From contig CAZKFL010000004.1 of NCBI GenBank assembly GCA_964552055.1, positions 28,892-91,219 on the forward strand: a stretch of 62,328 nucleotides of DNA, written 5' to 3'. Below are positions 36,294 to 45,900 of this stretch, piece by piece. Below the pieces are notes generated by a model. The model searched no databases and was not told where the DNA came from. It saw only the letters and a list, made by a program, of their open reading frames with translations. The DNA is from an uncultured bacterium. Lineage in GTDB: Bacteria > Chlamydiota > Chlamydiia > Chlamydiales > 2-12-FULL-49-11. Positions within the stretch are counted from its first letter, which is position 1. Each line of letters starts with the position of its first letter. Position numbers and translations under genes: made by a program.

Positions 36294-37265
36294 TTAACTT
36301 CGGCCTGCTGCTCCGGCACCTGGTATCAAAGCTTCTGCAGATGCTGATTCTGAGGTGATGGTTGTTAATAGGTGCAGTTTTTCATATAGCCTACATTCTA
36401 GAAACATATTCCAAGCTGATTTTAATAATTGGGCTTTCTTTTTTGCACTTGGAGCTTTAGGATCAAAAGGAGAATGTATCTCTAAATAACTGTCCTTCCA
36501 AGCTGTTAATAGGTCGTCGTTAATGACTGATCGTGAGGCTGAGCTGACTTTCTCTTTAAGGTGTATTAAGAAATGGGCGGCACTAAAATAATTTGAAGAA
36601 GTTTCATCTCGTAATCCAGTAATAGCTAAAATACTCTTTTCATAGCGAAGGGCATTACAAATCTGAGAAAACGAGATAACGCCACCTTCTAATAAGATAA
36701 ATTTGTCTGTTATAGCATCAGAAGTTGGAATATCATCACCAAATTCAGTTTTTTTCCCAAAGGGTGCAAAAACACTAATGTAGCAAAGTAGTTGTGGATA
36801 GGCGCTAGGGCGCCTACTTATAATTCCTAGGCTTTGATCAACGATATTTCCAATTGCTTGGTTGAGTAAACCTTCCTCTCTTAGCACTGTAGTGACTAAA
36901 CCGTTTGTGTCGCGGAGGTCTCTGCTTGCTGTGTAGCCATAAAGAACCAAAGTACCAGTGCGAAATGCTGTTTCCAAATGCCTTATAGCTATAGTGCACC
37001 CATCTTTGCTAAAGGATTGGGAGTCGCCAACTATTTGAGTGATTTTTCTTGAAGGATCAAGTCTCATTTCTGAGAGGAGCGTCATTTTAAGAGTTGACAA
37101 TGCGCTAAAGCATTCTTCTTGCGTACGCACAGAGATTCCAAAATGGTGTGACCCTTCTATCTCGATATGGTGTACTAGCGTAGTCACTGATGTGGGTAAG
37201 GAATCTTTTCCTTGAAACATTAACTGTGCACGACTTAATGAATCTCCAACTGTAATACTACACAT
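36294..37265 (-). CDS. Hypothetical protein, 323 aa, possibly SLOG-like alpha/beta fold
   Basis: Long ORF; LEGGVISFSQICNAL...ILAITGLR loosely resembles the LOG/SLOG GG.GT..E segment. Confidence 0.5.
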   Translation of the reverse strand: MCSITVGDSLSRAQLMFQGKDSLPTSVTTLVHHIEIEGSHHFGISVRTQEECFSALSTLKMTLLSEMRLDPSRKITQIVGDSQSFSKDGCTIAIRHLETAFRTGTLVLYGYTASRDLRDTNGLVTTVLREEGLLNQAIGNIVDQSLGIISRRPSAYPQLLCYISVFAPFGKKTEFGDDIPTSDAITDKFILLEGGVISFSQICNALRYEKSILAITGLRDETSSNYFSAAHFLIHLKEKVSSASRSVINDDLLTAWKDSYLEIHSPFDPKAPSAKKKAQLLKSAWNMFLECRLYEKLHLLTTITSESASAEALIPGAGAAGRS

Positions 37266-37429
37266 ATAGGGCCTATTGAGAAATTAATGTATGTTTCGAC
37301 TTTATTGTATCTTTAAATTTTTATTCGAGCAACTGTTAAAATTCTGATTATAAGTATTTTTGGCAAGAGCCGATCCTTCGGGAATAGTATGCGGAAGTTA
37401 TGTCCGAATCATTTAGGCGTTCTGCCCTT

Positions 37430-37557
37430 CTCAAGACTTTCTGCGTTAATTGAATTGCTAAAAAATAGAAGAGTGAGAAGAAAATAAGCGCGCATACGGG
37501 GAACCTTTGGAAAATTTTGTACTTATTATGCTTTGTTAGAAGGGTTTTTGTAAATTG
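37430..37557 (-). pseudogene. Duplicated promoter and signal-peptide remnant of the 226-aa OMP gene
   Basis: Near-copy of 35923-36049; ATG at 37495 gives MRAYFLLTLLFFSNSINAESLEKGRTPK*. Confidence 0.85.
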
Positions 37558-37561
37558 CGGC

Positions 37562-38698
37562 TTATGGTGTGAATCCAGCTTGCAAATATCTAGTAAAATT
37601 TACTTTGAAGTTAGCCCTATTTGAAAAAATTTTGATGAAGGAACGATCACTGTCTTGAGGATCATTTCGAATTTCTAGTCTGCGATTACCGTTTTCCTCT
37701 ATGCATGCTGCAAATTTATATCTAAAGTCAGGAAGGAGTACCCCAGGATATTGAAACGCGTTCATCCAAAAAATAATTGCGGCATCTAGCGCGGTTGGAG
37801 GCTGATAGGTAATTTTTGTTCTTCTGTTTGAACGCAAAATGTACTCAGAGATGTGTGTTCCTTTAACCCATTTGCTAGGACATTTTTGCATAAGTACAAA
37901 ATGAGATGGGGGAGCCTTCCTTTCAAAGAAGTGGTCAAAGGAGCGAAAGTCTTCTGGCTTCCTGATATCATATGTTGTGCTATTATGTTTTTTGGGGGCA
38001 TTCACGATTTCAATCCATCTATTTAGGCTAAGTGGCAGTCCATCAATATGGCTTGGAATCAGCATTAATAGGTGGGTGTCTCTAGTTTTCTTGCCTTCTT
38101 GAAATGGGCAATTAGAATTTAGAAGTTTAAGTATAGGCCTTTTTAAGAGATAGGGCTCTTCTCCGATATCACCCACATGCTTAGTCCACTCTTTTTTTCC
38201 AAATACGTAGGGAGGGAGGGGGAGCGCTTGCCAGAGAGATTCGGTGCTGCTTAAGCTTCGGAATTTTTTGCTAACAGCTTCGCATCTGCCAAGATCCTTA
38301 ACATCTAAAAAACCCAAAACGTGTAAATTGAGATCATGATTACGTAAAAGGAGTTCATCAGAGTCTCTTGCAGTTACGCTCTTCATGGGGATTGCGAACT
38401 TGATACTTTGGTGATCTTTTCTAAATAAATTTCTTACTTGTTTGAAAAATAGGCCTAAAGCAAGAGTGCAAATAACTGCTAAAACGCCTAAAAGATCTCG
38501 TCTGTATCTTTCGCTGAGCGAATATTTTCTTTTCTGTTTTGAGATCACTTCATAGACCAAACCGGAATAGCTTTCAGATACGGATTTCCCCTTTTCATTA
38601 CAACGTAATCCAACGCATTTTGCTTCGGGGCAATCCTGCCACTCAGGATAGATCTTTGGCAGTTCGTATCTGCTCTCAATAATTTGAAAATTTGACAT
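37562..38698 (-). CDS. F-box domain protein (chlamydial effector family)
   Basis: HVLGFLDVKDLGRCEAVSKKFRSLSSTESLW F-box, followed by FGKKEW..HVGDIGEEP and THLLMLIP. Confidence 0.78.
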   Translation of the reverse strand: MSNFQIIESRYELPKIYPEWQDCPEAKCVGLRCNEKGKSVSESYSGLVYEVISKQKRKYSLSERYRRDLLGVLAVICTLALGLFFKQVRNLFRKDHQSIKFAIPMKSVTARDSDELLLRNHDLNLHVLGFLDVKDLGRCEAVSKKFRSLSSTESLWQALPLPPYVFGKKEWTKHVGDIGEEPYLLKRPILKLLNSNCPFQEGKKTRDTHLLMLIPSHIDGLPLSLNRWIEIVNAPKKHNSTTYDIRKPEDFRSFDHFFERKAPPSHFVLMQKCPSKWVKGTHISEYILRSNRRTKITYQPPTALDAAIIFWMNAFQYPGVLLPDFRYKFAACIEENGNRRLEIRNDPQDSDRSFIKIFSNRANFKVNFTRYLQAGFTP

Positions 38699-38701
38699 GG
38701 G

Positions 38702-39658
38702 TCACTCCATTGACGCGGTTATAGATTTTTTTGTGAGTGGCCCTTCAAATTCCATCTCATCTGCAGAGTGGAAGGACGCGCCAGCTATGCAAAGCTCTGG
38801 CACTTTGGATAGTTCAATAGGTGATACGATTTCTCCCGTCTTTAACATAGAGCTTGGATAGTATACTGTATGACTCAATAATTTTCCGCTTGGGTCATAT
38901 TGGTTATTAGTAAGTTCATCATAGGGAGCCTCAAATAAAGCAGATTCTCCGGGTTGTATTTCTCCTATTGGCTTATCACCCCTGGAGGTTATTTTCATCT
39001 GCATATCTGTTGTATTTGAGATCCTAAATGTGCCTGTGTAACTATTTATTCTGATAAAACTTGTGATAGTTATAAAGCTTTGAAGGGCCAATAAAGTAAA
39101 TAGAGCTTGTTCATGACCTTCAAATCTTCTGTCGCTGTACCAAAGGAAAAAAGACATCGTAATCGTGTTTACAAAACTCGCAATACCGAGCAGGGCATTA
39201 GAGCCTGTATGAAGCCCGAAAGTCATTAGTGCGCTCACAATGACACTCGAGATATGCCCTAAAAATTTTGGCAGCGTTATAGCTTCTTGGCTTGATTTTA
39301 GTAAATCAACTATTTGAAAGCCCTGAAATACCATATCAGTTAAGAGTGCAGGAATCAGCATTTGATAGGATGCAAGCGAAATTGCTGAAATAGAAAGGAT
39401 GATGCTGGCTATTTTTAAGCATTTGAGAGCGACGCCGAGCTTATTGTCGGTTTTATAGCCGCATATGAGAACATCACCTGCTAAAATTAATGAGCATCCC
39501 CTTGAGGCAAGCGACGACCCGAATCTTATATAGGGAATAGAGGAAAGGAGTGATGTTACAGTAATTGCAATCATACAATTTGTTTGAAAATCTTCATTTC
39601 GAATCCTTTCAAAATTCTGTGGAAATCCGGTAGCTACCTGTGCACCTTGCATATACAC
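38702..39658 (-). CDS. Polytopic membrane hypothetical protein
   Basis: Several hydrophobic stretches followed by a soluble C-terminal tail; 318 aa. Confidence 0.6.
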   Translation of the reverse strand: MYMQGAQVATGFPQNFERIRNEDFQTNCMIAITVTSLLSSIPYIRFGSSLASRGCSLILAGDVLICGYKTDNKLGVALKCLKIASIILSISAISLASYQMLIPALLTDMVFQGFQIVDLLKSSQEAITLPKFLGHISSVIVSALMTFGLHTGSNALLGIASFVNTITMSFFLWYSDRRFEGHEQALFTLLALQSFITITSFIRINSYTGTFRISNTTDMQMKITSRGDKPIGEIQPGESALFEAPYDELTNNQYDPSGKLLSHTVYYPSSMLKTGEIVSPIELSKVPELCIAGASFHSADEMEFEGPLTKKSITASME

Positions 39659-39796
39659 CTTATAATTAAAATTTTAACTAATCGGTATTTTTATTATAAC
39701 TCAAGCTAATCAGTATTTAATTATGAGTAATTATATCACATAGATGATTAAATTAATTGAGTTTTTTTATACTGTGGGTGCGGTTCAAAAAAAATC

Positions 39797-39935
39797 TAGC
39801 AAGGATGGAAGGATAGAATGATAAAAAAAACTAAAAAATGTTTAAAAAGGGATTGGCTTAACGTGAAGTTGTGTTGTAGGAATAAACTATTTGGATGCCC
39901 CAGTCTTTTATCCTTCCGTCATTCTATCCTTGCTA
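39797..39935. repeat. ~140-bp palindromic element with AAGGAT-unit arms
   Basis: tagcaaggatggaaggatagaatga ... tccttccgtcattctatccttgcta; the arms are complementary with permuted units. Confidence 0.8.
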
Positions 39936-40024
39936 AATTCTCTTTTTTTTTACATAACTTCGTACCACAATAGGACTGAATCTCTCTTGTTATAAATAAT
40001 GTAATTTAGGGGTGATATAAATTC

Positions 40025-41644
40025 TTGTTTGATGTAGAATCAAAGCTTATGACTGAACCAGAATATTTCTCTTTTGAAGAGTATCAAAATCGATTAGCCA
40101 AGTTAGGTGAGATTAAAGCATTAGGTGTTGATCCCTATCCGCATGTTTTTATGCCGACGCACGAAGTTGAAGCAGTTCTATCACTTTACAAAGATCAAGA
40201 GATTGGAAATTTTGAAGAGGCAGAGGCGAAGCAAACAGATTTTGTTACTTTAGGTGGCAGAATTGTTTTGCATAGGTCGATGGGAAAAAATATTTTTGCT
40301 CAGATTCAGGAAGGGACAGCTCGTATCCAGGTTTTGTTTAATCGTGACCATACACTTGTTCAAGGTCTTGAAGACGGGAAAGAGGTTACAGCGCATAAGT
40401 TTTTAGAAAAAAAATTGGATCTTGGTGATATTATCGGTGTTGAGGGTCACGTTTTTAGGACGCATAAAGGTGAGTTGACTGTTTATGCAACAGTTGTGAC
40501 GCTACTTTGCAAATCATTACTGTCTCTACCCGACAAGCACAGCGGATTTAAAGATAAAGAAGCTAGATATAGAAAGAGATGGGTGGATCTTATATCTCAT
40601 CCCGAAGTGATGGAGACGTTTCGTTTACGAAGCAAGATCCTTTCAAATATTCGTGCCTATTTTGCTAAATCAGATTTCATGGAAGTCGAAACTCCCATTT
40701 TAGAAAGAGTTTATGGTGGCGCGCAAGCAGAGCCTTTTACCACCCATCTAAATGCTCTTCATATGAATATGTATCTAAGGATTGCTCTTGAGATTTCTTT
40801 GAAGAAACTCATTGTTGGTGGTTTTTCTAGAGTGTTTGAGATTGGTAAGGTTTTTAGAAATGAAGGGATGGATGCGACTCACAATCCCGAATTTACATCG
40901 ATTGAATGTTACGCTACATACTGGGATTATCATGATGTAATGCGATTCACAGAAGGCCTTTACGAGTTTCTCGCAAAAGAAATACTCGGCACAACAAAAA
41001 TTGGTTTTAGAAGAGACAAAAGAGGGAATGAGCACGAAATTGATGTTGCTACTCCTTGGATCCGAATTTCCATGATCGATAGTATCAAGCAGTACGGTAA
41101 TATTGACGTGGATAACCTGTCTGATGAGGAAATAAAAGAGATTCTTCTAAAAACTGAAAGCTTTGATCCAAAAGAAGTTCATAAGATGCCTCGTGGCATT
41201 ATGATCGCAAAACTTTTTGAAGAATTTGTTGAGCACCACCTCATTCAACCCCACTTTATCATAGACCACCCGATTGAAACAACGCCCCTTTGCAAACTGC
41301 ATCGCGACCCGGAACTTGCTAAAAAAGGAATTGTCGAGCGTTTTGAAGGTTTTGTCCTTGGGACAGAGATTTGTAATGCTTACACAGAACTCAACGATCC
41401 CGTTCTTCAGAGAAAACTCCTCGAAGCCCAAGACCGTCTGCTTCAAGCAGGCGACGCAGAAGCTAACCCAATCGATGAAGAATTCATCGAAGCCATCTGT
41501 CAAGGGATGCCCCCTTGTGGTGGACTGGGAATCGGCATAGATCGCCTGATCATGCTCTTTTCCGGTGAAAGCTCTATCCGTGACGTCATCTACTTCCCCC
41601 TCATGCGCCCCGCCGCAATGGCTGCTGAAGTCGTAAGTCAGTAA
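40025..41644 (+). CDS. lysS: Lysine--tRNA ligase (class II)
   Basis: GGAQAEPF.TH.NAL, LRIALE..LKKL.VGGF.RVFEIGKVFRNEG...THNPEFT, GLGIGIDRL.ML. Confidence 0.98.
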   Translation: MFDVESKLMTEPEYFSFEEYQNRLAKLGEIKALGVDPYPHVFMPTHEVEAVLSLYKDQEIGNFEEAEAKQTDFVTLGGRIVLHRSMGKNIFAQIQEGTARIQVLFNRDHTLVQGLEDGKEVTAHKFLEKKLDLGDIIGVEGHVFRTHKGELTVYATVVTLLCKSLLSLPDKHSGFKDKEARYRKRWVDLISHPEVMETFRLRSKILSNIRAYFAKSDFMEVETPILERVYGGAQAEPFTTHLNALHMNMYLRIALEISLKKLIVGGFSRVFEIGKVFRNEGMDATHNPEFTSIECYATYWDYHDVMRFTEGLYEFLAKEILGTTKIGFRRDKRGNEHEIDVATPWIRISMIDSIKQYGNIDVDNLSDEEIKEILLKTESFDPKEVHKMPRGIMIAKLFEEFVEHHLIQPHFIIDHPIETTPLCKLHRDPELAKKGIVERFEGFVLGTEICNAYTELNDPVLQRKLLEAQDRLLQAGDAEANPIDEEFIEAICQGMPPCGGLGIGIDRLIMLFSGESSIRDVIYFPLMRPAAMAAEVVSQ

Positions 41645-41732
41645 TAACTAAAGCTTTACTATATAGTAAATAGAAATATTTCTATCACCCCTCGTTTGTA
41701 AATTTTTAGAGCTTGCGGATAAAACTCTCTGC

Positions 41733-42782
41733 TTGCTATTGTTATTACAAATTAACTCATTAAGGTTAAATAGAATGACATCTCTTGCGCTAAGTTCCCC
41801 TGGGTTATCTTTGGATACCTCACGATTTGCTAGGTTTCTTAGGACTTCTTCCGGTCCTTCGCGCCATATAGGAAGTTTTTTAGATGTAAGAGATGTAGCC
41901 TCATTACAGAGTTCTGGAAAGGAATGGAAGGTACTTGTGTTACCCGTATGGGATAGGGCGCATTTAAGTCATATATTTCATTATAGAACAGGCCATATTG
42001 CGAAGATGTTCAGATTTCTCCACATAGAGGGAGCAAGTACGATAAATTTAAAAATAATTGGACCAGCTGAATGGATCAGATGCTTTGATTTAGAAGCGTT
42101 AGATCTAAATTTAGAAGCTTCACCAATTTTGGATAAAAGAAGGCTAATTGAAAAAGTATCTCATTTAGCTTCCTCAACAAAAGTTGAAGATGAGAGAGGT
42201 TTTACTGCTCTATTAATCCCTAACAGACTAACTTTAAGTAAATTAGCTATTATTGCGGCGCCATTAATTATCGATATAGATGAAAAAATAAAATCAGAAA
42301 TTGAAGGGCGCACTGTTACGGAAAGTCATTGGGTTCTCCTATCAAATTCAATTCTTGAAGGTAGTCGATGGAACGATGTTAAAGGTCAAAAAGAGTTAGT
42401 CGCATCAAAGGGAGCCAAAGTTCCTTCTATTTTATCAATTGCAACACTTATCATTATGAGCAGTAAATTATTTACAAATGATCTTCCCTTTTCACCTAGG
42501 CCAAGAAAAGACGGCGTTATGGAAAATACATTTACCAGAAGTTTTGAAATGATTTTTCCCTACTCTGTTAGTGCGCGTAGATATAACGGGTATGATCCTC
42601 GCCCTGAGGGTGCTTTGCCTTATACTCGTCCAATAACAGTTGGCGCTACTCGCTTAGAAGCATTACAAATCATGCCTAATCGAATTTTAAAAGATGAGAT
42701 TCACTCACTAGAAGCTGGGCCTATTGTTTCTTATACCTTTCGTAGTAATGAGATCGGTGTTGGAGCTTGCTGGGAAGTCTAA
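41733..42782 (+). CDS. Degenerate F-box protein, paralog of 3773-4534
   Basis: HIGSFLDVRDVASL; shared blocks FTALLIP/FTVMKIP, VPS/IPS, FTRS/YTRC and terminal GVGACWEV/GIGAVRRL; the true start is probably the ATG at 41775. Confidence 0.6.
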   Translation: MLLLLQINSLRLNRMTSLALSSPGLSLDTSRFARFLRTSSGPSRHIGSFLDVRDVASLQSSGKEWKVLVLPVWDRAHLSHIFHYRTGHIAKMFRFLHIEGASTINLKIIGPAEWIRCFDLEALDLNLEASPILDKRRLIEKVSHLASSTKVEDERGFTALLIPNRLTLSKLAIIAAPLIIDIDEKIKSEIEGRTVTESHWVLLSNSILEGSRWNDVKGQKELVASKGAKVPSILSIATLIIMSSKLFTNDLPFSPRPRKDGVMENTFTRSFEMIFPYSVSARRYNGYDPRPEGALPYTRPITVGATRLEALQIMPNRILKDEIHSLEAGPIVSYTFRSNEIGVGACWEV

Positions 42783-42939
42783 TCTTTAATTAAGACTACC
42801 GTTCCAATCTCATCTTCATCTTTTTATAGTTCTTTAATTTTGATCTGAATATAAGTATATAAATCAATCTCTCTTTAGTTATTCATGCATTTTAAATAAA
42901 TGCTTTTAAATAAGTAATAATTATGTACTGTCAATACGT

Positions 42940-45900
42940 ATGGCAGACCCGATAATCCCTAGAATACCTCCTCCAGAGGTTCAGATTGATTTTAGTGTAG
43001 AGCGAGAGGATGCTTCATCAGCTGATGAAAGTTTAGCTCTTGCGGCTGCTGGGATCGTAAGTCATTTATCATCAGACGAAACCTTAGCTCATCGGTCAAT
43101 AACGAAACTAAGGGAGATCGATCTTAACGCACTCCCTCCTCCATTAGGTCGTGGATTTGGGTATAAGACGTCTAATTTGATAAACTTATCAGAAATTGCT
43201 AAAGAGAATGGCTGTGAAGTTCCTGCATTTATTCCCTTGAGTCATACGGAATGTCTTGAGCATATTCGAAAAACCTATCCCACAATATATGAAGACTATA
43301 GCGAATTTCTATCATTATTAGGGAATCCGCCGATCCTATCAGAGAGTTGTAAGGCTATTCTCTATAAAATAAGAGAGGGTATTTTTCATGCTTTTAATAA
43401 TGAGGGAAATCTTTTTAAGCTAGAAAAATGTAAATTAGAAACTCTTCATTCAGAATATATTGCTATTAGAAGTACAGGCAAAGAAGATTCAACTACAAAT
43501 TCCAATGCAGGGGGGAATTTTAGTAATCCTTTTGTTAGAAAAGATGAGAGAAGTATTTCGAGAAATATAGGAGAGGTAATTGCTTCCTATTTTAGCGAAC
43601 GCTCTATATCTCAAAGGATTGCATCGAAGGATGCTTCGCTTATAGAGGACCGTGAACCTTTTATGCCAGTGCTGATACAAACTGCAGTCTATGAACCAAT
43701 TGAAGGAGATACACCTCCTGAGTTACAGCCTAGGTCTGCAGTTCTATTTGTAGGAAAGGCTATGTCTGAACTGTCTATGGGACTTGGTCATAATAAGGGT
43801 GTCGTTGAGGCCTCTATAGCAGCTGATGCGATTATCATGCCAAGGTTTGGCAGAATTTCTTACAGTGTTGAAGTTAAAAAAAGTCGATTTAGAGCAATTG
43901 TTGATAAAGATGGTAGTATAGCTTGTGTTGAAGTCCCTTGTGATAAAAAGACTGCTGAAGCGCCTGCTTTATCAGATGGTATGCTTAGCCGATTACGGGG
44001 CATTGCAAATGCCATTTTCGATTATTATCAAATGGAAATGGATGTTGAACTTACAATTATTGGTGATGTGATCTACTTATTACAGGCAAGACCACTAATT
44101 ACACCAAAATCTGATCCCTCTTATTTAGAGTTAAATGATGATGTTATTGTTGGATCAGCATTAACTGTAGGAGGTTCCTCTGTTCAAGAGATATCATCAA
44201 AAGAAAATATTATTATATGTAATACGATTAATGAAGCTTATAGGGAGTATAAGAAAAGAGATGCTGAGGGGCAGAGTGAGTTAGTTAAAGGTATTATAAT
44301 TAGACGAGGAGCGCCAAGAACTTCTCATTATGCTGTATTTTTTCGTGGAAGAGGTCTTCCAATCATTATTGCTAATCAGAAAATTGAATTTGGATATCCC
44401 TATTTTATTGATCCGCAACAGGGGGTAATTGCGCAGGATGGCAGAAAAAAAGAGGGGTATATTTGTTACCCTATCCCATTGAAATATTCCATGCAGACAA
44501 ATGAGGTGATTAAAGCAAGTGCAGTCCAAGCTGTTAAAATATGTAAAGATGCTCCTAAAAAATCTTCCATTTTAAGTGTTCAAGATATTAGAGATCGACT
44601 GAATCTCATTAAATTTGGATCTCTAGAAGATGCAAATCGTGCATCATTTGATCTTATTCATTTTGTTTATTCCTTAAGTAAAAAAAGAGGGATCACACCT
44701 TTTAGTCGAACAGAGCTTGTAATGATTTTAGGGAATCTTATGTATATTGCAACTGATGACAGAATAGAACCGTTATACAAAGCAAGACTTATCGAAGCTT
44801 GTTTTTTTCAAACAGGAGAGGGGATTGTAGGTGGGTTTTCAGTTATAAGATCGCTTGGAGCTATTCGAGATCAAACTCTAGGTGCTTTGGGATTGGGATT
44901 TGATCCCAGCAAAGAGAAAGAGGCTCATTTAGAAGATATTTTATTTGTAAAAGTGGGAAGACAATTTTTACAAGAAGATCTTCAAATTCAATGGGCTTCT
45001 ATGCTTGATGCCTTAATAGAAGTTCCTTTTGAAGAGAAAGAAAAGGTGAAAGATTTATTATTGCAAATTGATGCGATCAACGGCTTAACCGAATTTGTTA
45101 ACGTAGTGCTTGTAAGGATCTTAAATGATAGCGGTAGCATTTCTGAAGTTGTTGCTAAACTAGTTACTTTAAAAAAGGATATGTTGCCTGTTTTAAATAA
45201 AGTTCGTGAAATTCAACAGTTTGTTGGAGAAATAAGAGGGAGTTTACAGGCATGGTCAACAAGTGAACATATCCGAAAAAGATTGCCATGGCTTCAACAA
45301 AGACTTTTAGATTTGGATTTAACTTTGGAAGAGGGATGTGTATATTCGATGATTCAGTCAGCAAGCCCTGAGGCAAAGCTTATTTATGTTCAGGCAATTA
45401 GAGAAGCTGTTGGAGCTTATGATGATTTAATTAAACAATGCACGGGGTCTGAAAATTATTTAAACTATATGGACCAGGCGACAGATTTCTTTGCTCTACT
45501 CCACCCCTATAGAAAATTGATGAAGGCACTTTCGGCAACTCCATATGATTCAAGAAGCTATTCATTAATTTTGCCTAGCGGTGAGTTGACAGAAGCAAAA
45601 GCAAAGGGCTTAATGGAAATTTCTCCTGGATTTGATGTAGCATTGTTGATTAATCCATGGAACAATACAGATGTTCAACCTGCAGAGACATTTGAAGAAA
45701 AATTTACTTTATTTCATCAGACTATGATGGAATCTTTAAGCAAATTAAGTTTGGAATCTGGACTTAGTGATGGGGTTTTGCCAAAACAATTTTTAGAGTT
45801 TATGTCAGGAATCAAAAATGGCTACTTTAATAAAAAGCAATTAATTGGGATTCATATTAATGGCTCTTATATAATTGCTGAATATAACATAAAATTATGC

